Part shown: positions 34,772-35,504 of the stretch, one piece after another
Layout of the letters: every line of letters begins with the position of its first letter
How positions within the stretch are numbered: position 1 is the first letter of the stretch
Source of the DNA: Thermoplasmatota archaeon
GTDB taxonomy: Archaea > Thermoplasmatota > E2 > DHVEG-1
Direction of reading: 5' to 3'
DNA: 35,504 nt
Assembly (NCBI GenBank): GCA_030605515.1
Contig: JAUWIE010000063.1
Span: 1-35,504 of the forward strand
Notes under the pieces: model-generated
Seen by the model: only the letters and a program-made list of their open reading frames with translations
What the model was told of the DNA's origin: nothing
The model's database searches: none
Translations under genes and position numbers: made by a program

Positions 34772-35504
34772 TTAAATTCCTACGACTACTCCGGCCCTTC
34801 CACGTAAATGATACGACTGCCGCCCTAATTCTATGTAGGGCTTAATGTTGCTATTATAAAAATCTGGTAACAACCTAGCAATTAAACCATTATCAAATAT
34901 AAGAACTGGGTCATCATATGTCTCAAATGCGTTACCATCTAATCTAAACTCATCATCCACCTGAAGACCAATAAGTACCTGGATCCTCTGTGTACCATAT
35001 CTAGTATTTTCTAAAATGAAATCAGACATACGATCAGACATTCTAAAATATACATTTCTAAGAAATTTATTAATCCTGGGAAATTTCTCAGGAGGAATAA
35101 GTTCATCAATAAGATCATACACAGATTCATCTATCATATCATTTATTATCCGATCTGATTTCGTATATTCTTTTCCAATGATAATTCTAACCGTTTCATT
35201 ATCTTCGGGCTGTATAATCCATCCTCGATTCATATCCACATTGACATCACACAAAAAATTAAAATTGAAAATGTCAAGCAGACTTGAGATCAGATCCCAA
35301 ATATCAAATAATCCCTGTGGTGAGAAATCATTTGTTTCTATTAGTTTTCCATCAGAAGTAACTAATAGCTCACCATCGCCATCAAGAAGTAATTCTCCCA
35401 ATGTCATTTCATTTGTTATCCCTGCCGAGTGTAACATGTCAAATTTATTTGAAATTCTATTCTTTAACACTCTTCTTTCTGAAAGTGAATCAATCGATTC
35501 TATC
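34772..35504 (-). CDS. Hypothetical acidic protein, possibly continuing beyond the window end
   Basis: The tracked 232-aa ORF starts at GTG 35470, but the frame has no stop up to nt 35504. The true start may therefore lie outside the window. No recognisable domain. Confidence 0.5.
   Translation of the reverse strand, partial: IESIDSLSERRVLKNRISNKFDMLHSAGITNEMTLGELLLDGDGELLVTSDGKLIETNDFSPQGLFDIWDLISSLLDIFNFNFLCDVNVDMNRGWIIQPEDNETVRIIIGKEYTKSDRIINDMIDESVYDLIDELIPPEKFPRINKFLRNVYFRMSDRMSDFILENTRYGTQRIQVLIGLQVDDEFRLDGNAFETYDDPVLIFDNGLIARLLPDFYNSNIKPYIELGRQSYHLRGRAGVVVGI

Noticed and set aside
1-35504. CRISPR arrays, rRNA genes and long tandem repeats
   Set aside because: Reading both strands turned up no regularly spaced direct repeats and no rRNA-like segments. 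The only RNA genes seen are tRNA-Thr and one tRNA fragment.

Overview
This is an AT-rich archaeal chromosomal window, identified by RFC small subunit, PCNA, TFS, RNase P Pop5 and MptA-type GTP cyclohydrolase. The left third (1-13.3 kb) holds housekeeping and metabolic genes: a COG2403-like P-loop protein, an isocitrate/isopropylmalate-type dehydrogenase, tRNA-Thr, homoserine dehydrogenase, tungsten-type aldehyde:ferredoxin oxidoreductase and a class I aminotransferase. It also holds a small minus-strand cluster with a membrane-anchored AlbA_2/Schlafen-like protein. The centre (13.9-28.6 kb) is one tightly packed, visibly more GC-rich, ten-gene plus-strand operon of flavin/iron-sulfur electron-transfer proteins. 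It runs hdrC-hdrB-hdrA, then an HdrA whose FAD domain is split by a NuoE/NuoF/NuoG-N (NADH dehydrogenase-type) module, then mvhD, an FrhB/FdhB-like protein, an internally duplicated HdrC-like protein and a second tandem HdrA-HdrA. No hydrogenase or formate dehydrogenase catalytic subunit is present, and there is only one HdrB. I consider this chimeric NADH-module/HdrA operon the most interesting system in the window. The right end (32.1-34.7 kb) is a mobile-element scar: a 5' tRNA gene fragment fused to a truncated IS200/IS605 TnpA, next to an apparently intact single-ORF IS66-family element with perfect 17-bp terminal inverted repeats. Three conserved genes (mptA, hom, pop5) have essential N-terminal motifs upstream of any ATG/GTG/TTG. 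Each has an ATT codon 5-6 nt after a strong Shine-Dalgarno motif. No CRISPR array or rRNA was seen. All calls rest on reading the translations and sequence by eye; no database search was possible.
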